The notes below the pieces were generated by a model. The model ran no database searches, was not told the DNA's origin, and saw nothing but the letters and a program-made list of their open reading frames with translations. From NCBI GenBank assembly GCA_023249095.1, contig JAHFDK010000008.1:9322-73321 (forward strand): a stretch of DNA of 64,000 nucleotides, given 5' to 3'. The DNA comes from Candidatus Rokuibacteriota bacterium. GTDB lineage: Bacteria > Methylomirabilota > Methylomirabilia > Rokubacteriales > CSP1-6. The translations under genes and the position numbers were made by a program. This document shows, in pieces, positions 24,854-34,635 of the stretch (position 1 is its first letter; each line of letters starts with the position of its first letter).

Positions 24854-26380
24854 ATGAAGCTCGCCGCCGGCGTCCTGGTCCTGCTGCTCGCCGCGCTGGC
24901 GTCGACCGCTCACGCGCAACCGGTCACGATCACGATCTCTCAGCCTGCCGAGGCGACGACGATGGATCCGGGCCGGAGCACGCAGGTCCTGACGGTGAAC
25001 TATTTCTACAACCTCTACGACACGCTCACCCGCTGGGACACGGCGCTGCGGCTCGGGCCGGGCCTGGCGACCGCGTGGAAGAGCGTCAACGAGACGACAT
25101 GGGAATTCACGCTCCGCCAGGGCGTCCGATTCCACGACGGCTCGCCCTTCGCCGCCGAGGACGTGAAGGCGACGCTCGAGCGCAACCTCCAGGCGGGCAA
25201 GACGGTCGTCCAGCCCGGGTTTGCGACGATCGAGTCGGTCCAGGCGGTCAACCCGACGACGATCCGCATCGTCACGAAGAAGCCCGATCCACTCCTCCTC
25301 GTGCGAATGGCTCAGATGGGCGCCCAGATCCTCCCGGTGCGGCTGACGACCGACGACGGTGTGAAGGAATTGGCCCGCCGGCCCGTGGGCACCGGGGCCT
25401 ACCGGTTCGTCGAGTGGGTGAAGGACGAGCGGCTCGTGATGGAAGCCAACCGGGACTGGTGGGGCTGGGACGGCCGGGCGCCGGCGGTCGAGCGCGTCGT
25501 CTGGAAGCCGATTCCCGAAGACTTCCCGCGAATCGTGGCGCTCGAGAAGGGCGAGGCGGACATCATTACCAACGTCCCGCCCGATCGCATCAAGGGTATC
25601 GCCGACGGCCGCGCGACCCAGATCCTCAGCACGCCGTCGAGCCGCATCGTCACCCTCTCGATCAACGGGACCCAGCCGCCGCTCGCCGACAAGCGCGCGC
25701 GCCAGGCGCTGCACTGGGCACTCGACGTCGGCTCGATCATCCGGAACCTCTACGCGGGGCAGGGTAAGCCCTTCAGCGGCGGCGTCGCGGATACCGACTT
25801 CGGCTACAATTCCGCGCTCAAGCCGTATCCCTTCGACCCGGCGAAGGCGAAGCAGCTCCTGGCCGAGTCGGGGCGCGCGAGCGGTATCGACGTGACGCTC
25901 TACGCCGGCAGCGGCACGATGGTCAACGACAAATTCCTGCTCGAGACGATCGCCGACATGTGGGCGAAGGTCGGCATCCGCGCGAAGATCGAGATGATGG
26001 AGATGGGCGCGCGCCAGCGCATGCTCAACGAGCGCGCCGTCCCACCGAATGGCCTGCTCCTGGGTAACCCGCAGTCGACGCTCCTCGACGCCGACGGAAG
26101 CCTCTGGCGCTTGTGGCATCCGAACGGCTTCAACGGCAAATACTGGATCGGCAGCCAGCCGGGCCAGCGCTTCCACGAGCTGATGGAGCAGGCGCGCTAC
26201 TCACTCGACTCGGCGAAGCGGCGCGCCCTCTACACCGAGGCGACGCAAATCATCCACGACGAGAAGCCGTGGCTCGAGCTGTTCCAGGAGGTTATCGTGT
26301 ATGGCGTGAGCCGGCGGGTCAGCTTCAAGCCGCGGCCCGACTACCGGTTGATCGTGTCGGAGATGGCGGCTAGCCGATAG
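24854..26380 (+). CDS. ABC transporter substrate-binding protein, family 5 (peptide/nickel type)
   Basis: Signal peptide; LRQGVRFHDG, PVGTGAYRF, YPFDPAKAKQLL. Confidence 0.92.
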   Translation: MKLAAGVLVLLLAALASTAHAQPVTITISQPAEATTMDPGRSTQVLTVNYFYNLYDTLTRWDTALRLGPGLATAWKSVNETTWEFTLRQGVRFHDGSPFAAEDVKATLERNLQAGKTVVQPGFATIESVQAVNPTTIRIVTKKPDPLLLVRMAQMGAQILPVRLTTDDGVKELARRPVGTGAYRFVEWVKDERLVMEANRDWWGWDGRAPAVERVVWKPIPEDFPRIVALEKGEADIITNVPPDRIKGIADGRATQILSTPSSRIVTLSINGTQPPLADKRARQALHWALDVGSIIRNLYAGQGKPFSGGVADTDFGYNSALKPYPFDPAKAKQLLAESGRASGIDVTLYAGSGTMVNDKFLLETIADMWAKVGIRAKIEMMEMGARQRMLNERAVPPNGLLLGNPQSTLLDADGSLWRLWHPNGFNGKYWIGSQPGQRFHELMEQARYSLDSAKRRALYTEATQIIHDEKPWLELFQEVIVYGVSRRVSFKPRPDYRLIVSEMAASR

Positions 26381-26738
26381 CGCGCGCTTCGAGACGGAGC
26401 AGGCGGCGGTCGACGCGCTGAAATTCCTCAGCGACCTCGCCGCGGAAGCGGTCGAGCTTCTGATCCACGCCGATGACGCCCTCGCCCACGAGCTGGATCT
26501 TGTCCATCAGGCGATCGGCGACGACGTCGAAGTGGCGCCTGGTCTCCGCGGCGCTCGTGGCGATCTCGGCGCGAAGCGCGAGCGTGATCTCGGACTTGAG
26601 CCCCGCCGCGCTCGCGGCGAGATCGCCGCGGAGGGCAAGCGTGATCTCCGAGGTGAGCTCAGACTTCAGCTCTGATTTGAGCTCCGACTTGAGCTCCGAG
26701 AAGCGTCGGTCGAAGTAGGCGACGAGCTCCTGATCCAC
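26370..26738 (-). CDS. Small coiled-coil protein with internal SELK/SEITLALR repeats
   Basis: MDQELVAYFDRRFSELKSELKSELKSELTSEITLALR..ETRRHFDVVADRL; GTG 26738 preceded by TTGACG-N17-CAAAGT. Confidence 0.7.
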   Translation of the reverse strand: MDQELVAYFDRRFSELKSELKSELKSELTSEITLALRGDLAASAAGLKSEITLALRAEIATSAAETRRHFDVVADRLMDKIQLVGEGVIGVDQKLDRFRGEVAEEFQRVDRRLLRLEARAIG

Positions 26739-26797
26739 GCTGGTACTTTGACGGTCCGACCGGGTCGCGTCAAGTGTGTCGGTCTGGAGACGGCCGC

Positions 26798-27679
26798 TCA
26801 GCCGCCCTTGAGGCGCGGATCGAGCAGGTCGCGCAGCGCGTCGCCCAGCATGTTGAAGCCGAAGACGGCGAGCGAGAGCGCGACGGCGGGCCAGATCGCG
26901 AGCCAGGGTGCCTGGTACATGTGGTCGAGGCCCGCCAGCGAGAGCATCCCGCCCCACGTCGGATAGGGCGGCGGCACGCCGAGCCCGAGGAACGAGAGGC
27001 TCGCCTCCGTCAGAATGACGGTCGAGAGCCCCGTGGTGGCGACCACGATGATGGTCGGCAGCACGTTCGGCAGGATGTGTCCCATCGTGATCCGGACGTG
27101 GCCCGAGCCGAGAGCCCTGGCGCTTTCGACGTACGTGTACTCCTTGATCGACAGCGCGACGCCCCGGACGATCCGCGAGTTCTGGATGCCGAAGGCGACG
27201 CCGAGGACCGCCGTGATGTTCCAGACGCTCGGGCCCAAGAGCGACATGATCGACATCAGGAGCAGGAGGGGCGGGAACGCCATCCACGCGTCCACTCCGC
27301 GCTGGAGCCAGAGATCGAACCGGCCGCCGAAGTAGGCCGAGAGCACACCGATCGTTGTGGCGAGGACGCACCCGAGCAGCACCGCGCCGAAGCCCACGTA
27401 GAGCGAGATGCGCGCGCCGTAGATCAGGCGTGTCAAGAGGTCGCGACCGAGCTGGTCGGTGCCGAGCCAGTGCGCGCCGTTCACCGCGATGAACCGCTCG
27501 GGCAGGCTCGTCTGCGCGAAGCCGTAGGGGGTGACGAGGTCGGCCAGGACGGCCGCCGCCAGCATGGCGACCACGATGGCGCCGCCGATGGTCCCCAGGG
27601 GCTTGCGGCGCAGCATCTGGACCCAGACGTCGACGTACCACGGACGGGTGCGCGACGGCCGGGCGACAGCGACGGCCAC
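26798..27679 (-). CDS. Peptide/nickel ABC transporter permease (OppC/DppC-like)
   Basis: HWLGTDQLGRD, YVESARALG, HILPN, EASLSFLGLG; start approximate. Confidence 0.92.
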   Translation of the reverse strand: MAVAVARPSRTRPWYVDVWVQMLRRKPLGTIGGAIVVAMLAAAVLADLVTPYGFAQTSLPERFIAVNGAHWLGTDQLGRDLLTRLIYGARISLYVGFGAVLLGCVLATTIGVLSAYFGGRFDLWLQRGVDAWMAFPPLLLLMSIMSLLGPSVWNITAVLGVAFGIQNSRIVRGVALSIKEYTYVESARALGSGHVRITMGHILPNVLPTIIVVATTGLSTVILTEASLSFLGLGVPPPYPTWGGMLSLAGLDHMYQAPWLAIWPAVALSLAVFGFNMLGDALRDLLDPRLKGG

Positions 27680-27719
27680 CGCGGCGCCGACCGATGAGGT
27701 CGGCAGCGCCGGCGCGCCC

Positions 27720-28667
27720 CTACCGATACCGGATGCGCGGGTCCAGAACCGCATAGGAGAGGTCGATGAGGAGATTGAGGCCGACGACCATCGCCGCAAT
27801 GATCAGGTTCACCGACTGGACGACCGGATAGTCGAGCTTGGTGAGCGCCTCGAAGAAGAAGAGCCCGACGCCCGGCAGGCGGAAGATCGCCTCGATGATC
27901 ACCGAGCCCCCGATGTAGAGCGGCGTCTGTAGGCCGATCAGGCTGATCACCGGGATCATCGCGTTCTTGAGCGCGTGGCGCAGCACGATCGTCCGCTCGC
28001 TGAGCCCTTTCGACCACGCCGTGCGGATGTACTCCTGGCGGAGCACGTCGAGGAGCGAGGAGCGCATGATGCGCATGATGGGCCCCGCGCGCGTCACCCC
28101 GAACACGAGCGCCGGCACGATCATGATCTTGAGATTCTCGAGCGGGTCGCGCGTGATCGGGATATAGGTCCAGACGGGCGTCCACTTGAAGTAGATCGAC
28201 GGCAGCACGACCACGAGGACCGCCAGGCCGAAGTAGGGGACCGAGAGCGCCAGGATCGCCAGGATGCGGCCGATGTAGTCGGACGCGGTGTCCTGGCGCA
28301 CGGCCGAGACGATGCCCACGAAGATTCCGATCACGACCGACACGAAAATAGTCAGCGCCGCCAGCTCGAGCGTGACCGGAAACCGCCGGACGAACTCGTC
28401 CAGGATCGGCTGGCGCGTCCAGTACGAGTTGCCGAAGTCGCCCCGTAGCACGATCCCGCCGATCCACTCGCCGTACTGGACGTAGGCCGGGCGGTCGAGG
28501 CCGAGGTCATGCCGCAGTGCCGCGAGGGTTGGGGCATATGCGTGGCCCTCGACCATGCGCGTGGCCACGTCGCCGGGCATGAGCCGCATCATCGCAAACA
28601 CGATCACGCTCACGAGGAAGAGCGTCGGGATCGCGAGCGCGACGCGGCGGAGGACGTAGCGCTTCAC
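27720..28667 (-). CDS. Peptide/nickel ABC transporter permease (OppB/DppB-like)
   Basis: PGD, GDFGNS, YIRTAWSKGL, HALKNA, DYPVVQ, LDPRIR. Confidence 0.93.
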   Translation of the reverse strand: MKRYVLRRVALAIPTLFLVSVIVFAMMRLMPGDVATRMVEGHAYAPTLAALRHDLGLDRPAYVQYGEWIGGIVLRGDFGNSYWTRQPILDEFVRRFPVTLELAALTIFVSVVIGIFVGIVSAVRQDTASDYIGRILAILALSVPYFGLAVLVVVLPSIYFKWTPVWTYIPITRDPLENLKIMIVPALVFGVTRAGPIMRIMRSSLLDVLRQEYIRTAWSKGLSERTIVLRHALKNAMIPVISLIGLQTPLYIGGSVIIEAIFRLPGVGLFFFEALTKLDYPVVQSVNLIIAAMVVGLNLLIDLSYAVLDPRIRYR

Positions 28668-29651
28668 TGGATGATCTTGTCGGCGCGGGCGAGCAGCGAC
28701 TGCGGCATCGCAACACCGAGCGCCTTTGCCGTTCTCAGGTTGACGGTCAAACTGAAGGTCGTGGGGCGTTCCACGGGCAGGTCGCTCGGAGGGGAACCCT
28801 TGAGCACTTTGACGAGCATCGCGCCGGCCTGACTGAACAGGCTATGCAAGTGCGGTCCATACGCCATCAGGCCTCCGTCCTCGGCGAAGCCGGTGAAGGG
28901 CATGATCGTGGGGAGCCGGTTCTTGTTCGTCAGCTCTGCGATCCGCCTCCAGAATGAATTGAAGACCGGAGACCCGAGGACGAGCAGGGCCCCAGCCCGT
29001 TGCCTGGTAGCGGCTCGCACAGCAGCTTCGAGGTCGTCGGGGCCGCGTGCTTCCAGGGCCTGGAGCTGGAGGCGAAGACGCTGTGCCGCGGCTTCCGCCG
29101 CTTTCACCTGAGTCGGCCCGGTCGCGGGATCCCAGAGCATCGCGACGCGTGACAGCTTTTGGGATCGCCTCAGCCAGCATCTGGAGCCACTTTCCGCTGA
29201 GCTCGGGAAAATCGAGGAACACGCCCGTGACGTTCCTTCCGGGGCGCGCCAGGCTTGTGACGAAGCCGGAAGAGACGGGGTCCGTCTCCAGATCCAGCGC
29301 CACGATCGGGATGGTCGTGGTCGCGTGGGCGGCCGCGGCGACCCCGATCGGCGCGATGGCGAGGAGTGTGTCGACCTTCAGTGCGACGAGCTCGCGAGCG
29401 GCGGCGAAGATCTCATCCCGACTCCCCAGCCTCACGCGGTATTCGATGGTCAGGGTTCGGCCTTCGACGTAGCCTGCTTCGCGCAGAACCTGCTGGCACG
29501 CTTCGAAGAGGTCACGAAAGAACGAATTGTCCTGGGCCGGCCGGATCACGCCGAGCCGCACGGCCTTCGTCGCCTGCTGCCCCTCGGCGCCCAGAGGCGC
29601 CGAAAGGATGACGGCGGCAAGCGCCCGCATGAACGCCCGACGATCGCTCAC
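28664..29651 (-). pseudogene. ABC substrate-binding protein (ABC_sub_bind type) split by a +1 frameshift at the T4 run 29157-29160
   Basis: N-part has SLARPGRNVTG; C-part has GGLMAYGP, DLPVERPT, VNLRTAKALG, LLARAD; removing one base restores AIPKLSRVAMLWDP. Confidence 0.8.
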
Positions 29652-29658
29652 TCGCTCA

Positions 29659-31269
29659 CTACTTGTCGAGCCAGGTGTGGACGAGCCGCGGCCCCAGGCC
29701 GAAGCCGTCGTGAAATCTGAAGCCCTTCACGTAGGGCGGGTGCGCGACGTGCCAGGCGAGGCTCGGCAGGTAGACGTAGTAGGCTTTGTCGGCGAGGTAG
29801 CGCTGGATGTCGTCCACGATCTGCTTACGCTTCTTGGGGTCCAGCTCCCGCCGCTGGGCGACGAGCATCTTGTTCAGCTCGGCGTCAGCCACGTTGCTAC
29901 GATTGTTCGGCTGCTCCGGGAAGAAGGCGCCGTAGAGCCAGTCGTCCACCTCGGTGAAGGGCGTGACCGGGCCCATCGCCATCTTCTCGAACTTGCCGAG
30001 ATACGTCGTGGAGATGTACTTACCGTATTCCTCCGGCTTCATCTCGACGTTGATGCCGATCTTGCCGAGATTGTCGGCGGCCAGGTCGTAGAAGCTCCGC
30101 CACGGGGGCTGGTAGCCCGGCCAGTGGAACATCGGGGTCGCGAACCCCTTCGCAAGCCCGGCCTCGGCGAGCAGCCGCTTCGCCTCGTTCGGATCGTAGC
30201 CGACGAGATACTTGGCCTTGGCCGGATCGATCTTCGATGCCTCGAGCTTCCACTCCTTCAGCGCGCCCGGCACCGGCCCGGACTCGAGGCACCCCTCGCC
30301 GAAAAGCAGCGCGTCGTTCCAGCTCTTCCGATCGATGGCCAGCGAGACCGCGCGCCGGACGCGGACGTCGTTGAACGGCGGCTGGTCGGTGCGGAAGTAG
30401 ATGATGCTCTGGCCCATGGCGTTGGCCGGCGTCATCACCATCTCCGGATTGGTCTTCTTCAGCGAGCGCGCCTCCTCCGGGTTCACCCAGCCCCAGAGCT
30501 GGCTCAGCTCGACCTTGCCCGACCGCAGGAGCGCCAGCCTCGCCGAGGCGTCGGGCGCGATCTCGACGACCACCCCGTCGAGGTACGGCAGCCCCTTCAT
30601 GAAGTAGTCGGGGTTGCGCTCGTACGTGAGCTTCACGCCCTTGTCGTAGGACTTGAGCACGAAGGGCCCGGTGCCGATCACGCTGTCGGCGTGGTTGAAG
30701 TCCTTGAACTTCTCCTCCGCCTCACGCGGCAGGATCACGCAGTACGTGGGGTTCGCCAGGTGGTTCAGGAACGGCGCGAACGGCTCCTTCAGCGTCACCT
30801 TGACCGTGTATTTATCCACGAGGTCGATGGACTGCACCGGATCGAAGCGCGACCGAAACCCCGACTTCCCCATGAAGCGCTCGAGCGAATACTTGACGTC
30901 GTCGGCCGTGACCTCGCGGCCGTTGACGGGTGGCTTGGCATGGAACTTCACGCCCTTCCGAAGGTGGAAGGTGTACACGCTGCCGTCCTTCGACACCGTC
31001 CATCGCTCGGCGAGATCCGGGACGATCGAGAAATCCGCGGGGTGCTGCTGCTCCGGGCCGTAAGGGAAGCGCACGAGCTGGCTATAGACCAGGCTGATGT
31101 ACGAATGGGTGAGAAAGCTCACCGACAGGTGCGGGTCGAGACTGGGCGCCTCGCGCTCGGCCATGCGGAGAACGCCGCCCCGCTTGGGCTGCTGGGCGGT
31201 CGCCGGCTGGGCGGCCAAGAGGCCAATGACGAGCATGAGAGACATCGCGAGCGCGAGGCGTCGAGTCAT
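29659..31269 (-). CDS. ABC transporter substrate-binding protein, family 5
   Basis: Signal peptide after a GGAGGA RBS; PKRGG, PDLAERW, GTGPF, PFNDVRVRRA. Confidence 0.92.
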   Translation of the reverse strand: MTRRLALAMSLMLVIGLLAAQPATAQQPKRGGVLRMAEREAPSLDPHLSVSFLTHSYISLVYSQLVRFPYGPEQQHPADFSIVPDLAERWTVSKDGSVYTFHLRKGVKFHAKPPVNGREVTADDVKYSLERFMGKSGFRSRFDPVQSIDLVDKYTVKVTLKEPFAPFLNHLANPTYCVILPREAEEKFKDFNHADSVIGTGPFVLKSYDKGVKLTYERNPDYFMKGLPYLDGVVVEIAPDASARLALLRSGKVELSQLWGWVNPEEARSLKKTNPEMVMTPANAMGQSIIYFRTDQPPFNDVRVRRAVSLAIDRKSWNDALLFGEGCLESGPVPGALKEWKLEASKIDPAKAKYLVGYDPNEAKRLLAEAGLAKGFATPMFHWPGYQPPWRSFYDLAADNLGKIGINVEMKPEEYGKYISTTYLGKFEKMAMGPVTPFTEVDDWLYGAFFPEQPNNRSNVADAELNKMLVAQRRELDPKKRKQIVDDIQRYLADKAYYVYLPSLAWHVAHPPYVKGFRFHDGFGLGPRLVHTWLDK

Positions 31270-31298
31270 GACCGATCCTCCATGTCCCGTGGCCGGGA

Positions 31299-32081
31299 TT
31301 ATGCTTTCACCCACGCCGGGAAGTCACCGGCGAACCGCTCGAGCGAGAGCAGAACGACCCGGCTGTCGCCGCGTGCCGCCTCGCGGTCCCGAGGCGTGTT
31401 GTAACCCCAGCCGGCAAGGAAGAGCCCGACGTCGTCGAGACCCGGCGTGCTCTTCACGGCCTCGAGGGTCTTCAGTCGATCCTCCACGAACCAGAGGCTG
31501 CGCGCCGGTGAGCGGGGCTCGACCAGTTCCCGCAAGATCTCGGGCTTGGGCCGGCCCGCCTCCTTGCCGCAGACGTCCTCGACGCCGAGGTCGAGCCCCT
31601 GCCGTACCAGGAGCTTCCGCGCGAAGCGACCCTCCTTGGTCGTCACGATGACGACGCGCGTGGGGCCGCCCCCGAGCCGCCGGAGCCGATGGATCACCCC
31701 GGGATAGAAGCGGTGGTGGTCGAGCCAGTCGCCCTCGTCCGCGGCGATCCACTCGTCGCGGACGCCGTCGAGCACGGCGACGATCTCGTCGCGCGTGCGG
31801 CCCAGCTTGCCCAGGAGCGCCTCCGGGCGCCAGCGTTCTAGGATCTCCGCCTCACCGACACCCGCCAGCAACGCCATGACCAGTAGGGGCATCTCCCAGC
31901 CGTGCTCGACGACCGGCCGCACACGCGCGTAACGGTCGACGAGCCCGCGGGGCGGGTCGGGCGCGGCGGACGGACGGAGCCGGCGCCAGACGCGCCACGC
32001 CGCCCCGAAGTACTCGGCCGTGCCGTCGCAGAGGACGCCGTCGAAGTCGAGCGCGAGGATCGTGGGGGTGCTCGCGGGCAC
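31299..32081 (-). CDS. HAD-superfamily hydrolase
   Basis: ALDFDGVLCD, VTTKEG, FVEDRLKTL, LAGWGYNT. Confidence 0.88.
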   Translation of the reverse strand: MPASTPTILALDFDGVLCDGTAEYFGAAWRVWRRLRPSAAPDPPRGLVDRYARVRPVVEHGWEMPLLVMALLAGVGEAEILERWRPEALLGKLGRTRDEIVAVLDGVRDEWIAADEGDWLDHHRFYPGVIHRLRRLGGGPTRVVIVTTKEGRFARKLLVRQGLDLGVEDVCGKEAGRPKPEILRELVEPRSPARSLWFVEDRLKTLEAVKSTPGLDDVGLFLAGWGYNTPRDREAARGDSRVVLLSLERFAGDFPAWVKA

Positions 32082-32087
32082 GACGGA

Positions 32088-32102
32088 ACTCTAGTGTAGA
32101 GT
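32088..32102. promoter_or_regulatory. Back-to-back -10 boxes ACTCTA-gtg-TAGAGT serving the HAD gene and lolA
   Basis: Each TAGAGT lies exactly 6 nt before a start codon (32081 minus, 32109 plus). Confidence 0.55.
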
Positions 32103-32108
32103 GAGTCC

Positions 32109-32762
32109 ATGGTCAAAGCTGTCGCCGTGCTGACGCTGGCCGTGCTCGTCGCGGCCGGGCCGGTCTCGGCCCAGTCACTGGACGAGGTCGTTCGTGACAT
32201 CGAAGCGGCCTACGGTCGCATGATCGACCTCCGCGCCGACTTCACCCAGACCGCGTTCAACAAGAGCCTCAACCAGACGATTCCGGCTCGGGGGACGGTC
32301 TACTTGAAGAAGGGAGGCAAGCTCCGCTGGGAGTTCACGGAGCCTACCCCCCAGGAGATCGTCTCCGACGGCAAGAAGCTCTGGGTCTACACACCGACGC
32401 TGAACCAGGCGAACGTGGCCCAGGCGCCTGAGGCCCTGGCCGGGCCAGCCGGAAGCTTCCTCGCCGGGCTCGGTCGTCTGCGCGCCGAGTTCCAGGTGCG
32501 CTTCCTGAACCCAGCCCAGCCCAAGGACGCCGAGGGGAACTGGGTCCTCGACCTCACCCCGAAGCAGCCGCTCCCGACGCTGACGCGCCTGATCCTGTCG
32601 GTCGAGGGGAAGAACTGGGAGATCAGGCGGGCCGTGGTGCACGATCAGTTCGAGAACACGGTGACGATGCGCTTCACGAAAATGGCGGTGAACAGCGGGC
32701 TGCCGGACCGAACCTTCACCTTCGTCGCGCCGAAGGGTGTCGTGATCGTGCCGCTCAAGTAG
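32109..32762 (+). CDS. lolA: Outer-membrane lipoprotein carrier protein LolA
   Basis: Signal peptide; ADFTQ, GKLRWEF, IVSDGKKLWVY, FTFVAPKGV. Confidence 0.85.
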   Translation: MVKAVAVLTLAVLVAAGPVSAQSLDEVVRDIEAAYGRMIDLRADFTQTAFNKSLNQTIPARGTVYLKKGGKLRWEFTEPTPQEIVSDGKKLWVYTPTLNQANVAQAPEALAGPAGSFLAGLGRLRAEFQVRFLNPAQPKDAEGNWVLDLTPKQPLPTLTRLILSVEGKNWEIRRAVVHDQFENTVTMRFTKMAVNSGLPDRTFTFVAPKGVVIVPLK

Positions 32763-32771
32763 GGGAGGGCG

Positions 32772-33269
32772 ATGGCCGCTGAGAACTCGTTCGACATCGC
32801 GTGCAAGCTCGAGATGCAGGAGGTGACGAACGCGCTCGACCAGGCGCGACGGGAAATTGCGACGCGCTACGACCTGAAGGGCGCGAAGTGCGACGTGACG
32901 CTCGAGAAGACCGACATCACTCTCACGGCGCCCGACGACATGAAGCTCAAGGCGGTGGTCGACATTCTCCAGTCGCGCCTGCACAAGCGCGGCGTGCCGC
33001 TGAAGGCGCTCACCTACGGCGAGGTCGAACAGGCCGCCGGCGGCGTGCTCCGGCAGAAGATCGCGCTCCAGCAGGGGATCCCGATCGAGCGCGCCAAGGA
33101 GATCGTCCGGCTCATCAAGGACTCGAAGATCAGGGTGCAAGCGTCCATCCAGGAGGACCAGGTCCGCGTGGCCGGGAAGAACCGCGACGATCTCCAAAAG
33201 ATCATCGGGATGCTGCGGGACAAGGATCTCGGCATCGCGCTCCAGTTCACGAACTACCGCAGCGTCTAG
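32772..33269 (+). CDS. yajQ: YajQ family nucleotide/c-di-GMP-binding protein
   Basis: SFDI, NALDQA, RYDLKG, QASIQEDQVRVAGKNRDDLQ, QFTNYR. Confidence 0.95.
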   Translation: MAAENSFDIACKLEMQEVTNALDQARREIATRYDLKGAKCDVTLEKTDITLTAPDDMKLKAVVDILQSRLHKRGVPLKALTYGEVEQAAGGVLRQKIALQQGIPIERAKEIVRLIKDSKIRVQASIQEDQVRVAGKNRDDLQKIIGMLRDKDLGIALQFTNYRSV

Positions 33270-33305
33270 AGTCTCGGGCCGGCAGGGTATACTGGGCTTC
33301 TAGAA

Positions 33306-34622
33306 ATGAAGGTTCACCTGACGACCCTCGGCTGCCCGAAGAACCAGGTCGACTCCGAGCTGATGCTCGGCATGCTGACCGAGGCCGGATTTCCGATCGT
33401 GGAGCAGCCCGAGGACGCGGAGTGTCTCATCGTCAACACGTGCGCCTTCATCGACCGCGCGCGCGAGGAATCGGTCGACACGATCCTCGAGCTCGCGAAG
33501 CTGAAGGAGCGCGGCTCGTGCCGGGCGCTCATCGTCACCGGCTGCCTCACCCAGCGCTACGGCGGGGACATTCTCACGGAGATGCCCGAGATCGACGGGA
33601 TCCTCGGCACCGCGAACCTCTCCCGGATCGTCGAGCTGGTCCGTCAGGCGGCGGGCCGTCACGACTGGGCGACCTCGGCACCGCCGGGCTATCTCTACGA
33701 CGCGACGACACCGCGTCTCCTGACGGGCCGCGTCCCCTACGCCTACGTGAAGATCGCGGAGGGGTGCGACATGGGCTGCACCTTCTGTGCGATTCCCCAG
33801 TTCCGCGGCCGTCACCGGAGCCGGCCGCTCGCCGACGTCGTGAAGGAGGTCGAAGGCCTGGCGGCGCGCGGCGTGCAGGAAGCGATCCTGGTCTCGCAGG
33901 ACACGCTCGCCTACGGCCGCGATCTGCCGGGCAACGGGGACATCGCCGAGCTCCTGCTGGCGCTCGGCGAAACGCGGATGCCCTGGATCCGCCCGATGTA
34001 CCTGCATCCCGCGCACGTCAACGACCGGCTCATCGAGCGATGGGCGCGCGCGCGCGTCGTCCCATACCTGGACATGCCCGTGCAGCACGGCGACGACGGG
34101 GTGCTGAAGGCCATGCGACGCGCCGTGACCGCGAGGCGGATGAAAGAGATCGTGCGCGCCTTCCGCGAGGCGATCCCGAGACTCACTGTCCGCACGACTG
34201 TGCTTGTCGGCTTCCCTGGCGAGTCGGAGGCCGCGTTCCAGAATCTCCTCGAATTTCTCGACGAGGTCCGCTTCGACCGCCTCGGCGTTTTCACCTACTC
34301 GGCCGAAGAGGGGACGCCGTCGCCCGCGTATCCCGACCAGGTCGCGGCCGAGGTCGCGGCGGAACGCGCCGCGCTCGTGCAGGAATATCAGGACCGCCTC
34401 GCCTGGGAGCGCGGCGCTGCGCTCGCCGGCGCCGTGACGGACGTTCTGGTCGACGGCCCCAGCGAGGATCCTGCGTTCGCGTGGGAGGGGAGGACCGCAG
34501 GCCAAGCGCCCGAGATCGACGGGGTCGTGTACCTCCGCGACCGGAGCTTGACGCCGGGCCACTTCGCGCGCATTCGCATCGTCGAGGTCGAGGGATACGA
34601 GCTCGTCGGCGAGCGCGCCTAG
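33306..34622 (+). CDS. rimO: Ribosomal protein S12 methylthiotransferase
   Basis: LGCPKNQVDSE, NTCAFI, KIAEGCDMGCTFCAIP, APEIDG TRAM domain. Confidence 0.95.
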   Translation: MKVHLTTLGCPKNQVDSELMLGMLTEAGFPIVEQPEDAECLIVNTCAFIDRAREESVDTILELAKLKERGSCRALIVTGCLTQRYGGDILTEMPEIDGILGTANLSRIVELVRQAAGRHDWATSAPPGYLYDATTPRLLTGRVPYAYVKIAEGCDMGCTFCAIPQFRGRHRSRPLADVVKEVEGLAARGVQEAILVSQDTLAYGRDLPGNGDIAELLLALGETRMPWIRPMYLHPAHVNDRLIERWARARVVPYLDMPVQHGDDGVLKAMRRAVTARRMKEIVRAFREAIPRLTVRTTVLVGFPGESEAAFQNLLEFLDEVRFDRLGVFTYSAEEGTPSPAYPDQVAAEVAAERAALVQEYQDRLAWERGAALAGAVTDVLVDGPSEDPAFAWEGRTAGQAPEIDGVVYLRDRSLTPGHFARIRIVEVEGYELVGERA

Positions 34623-34635
34623 GCAGGCCACGGCG

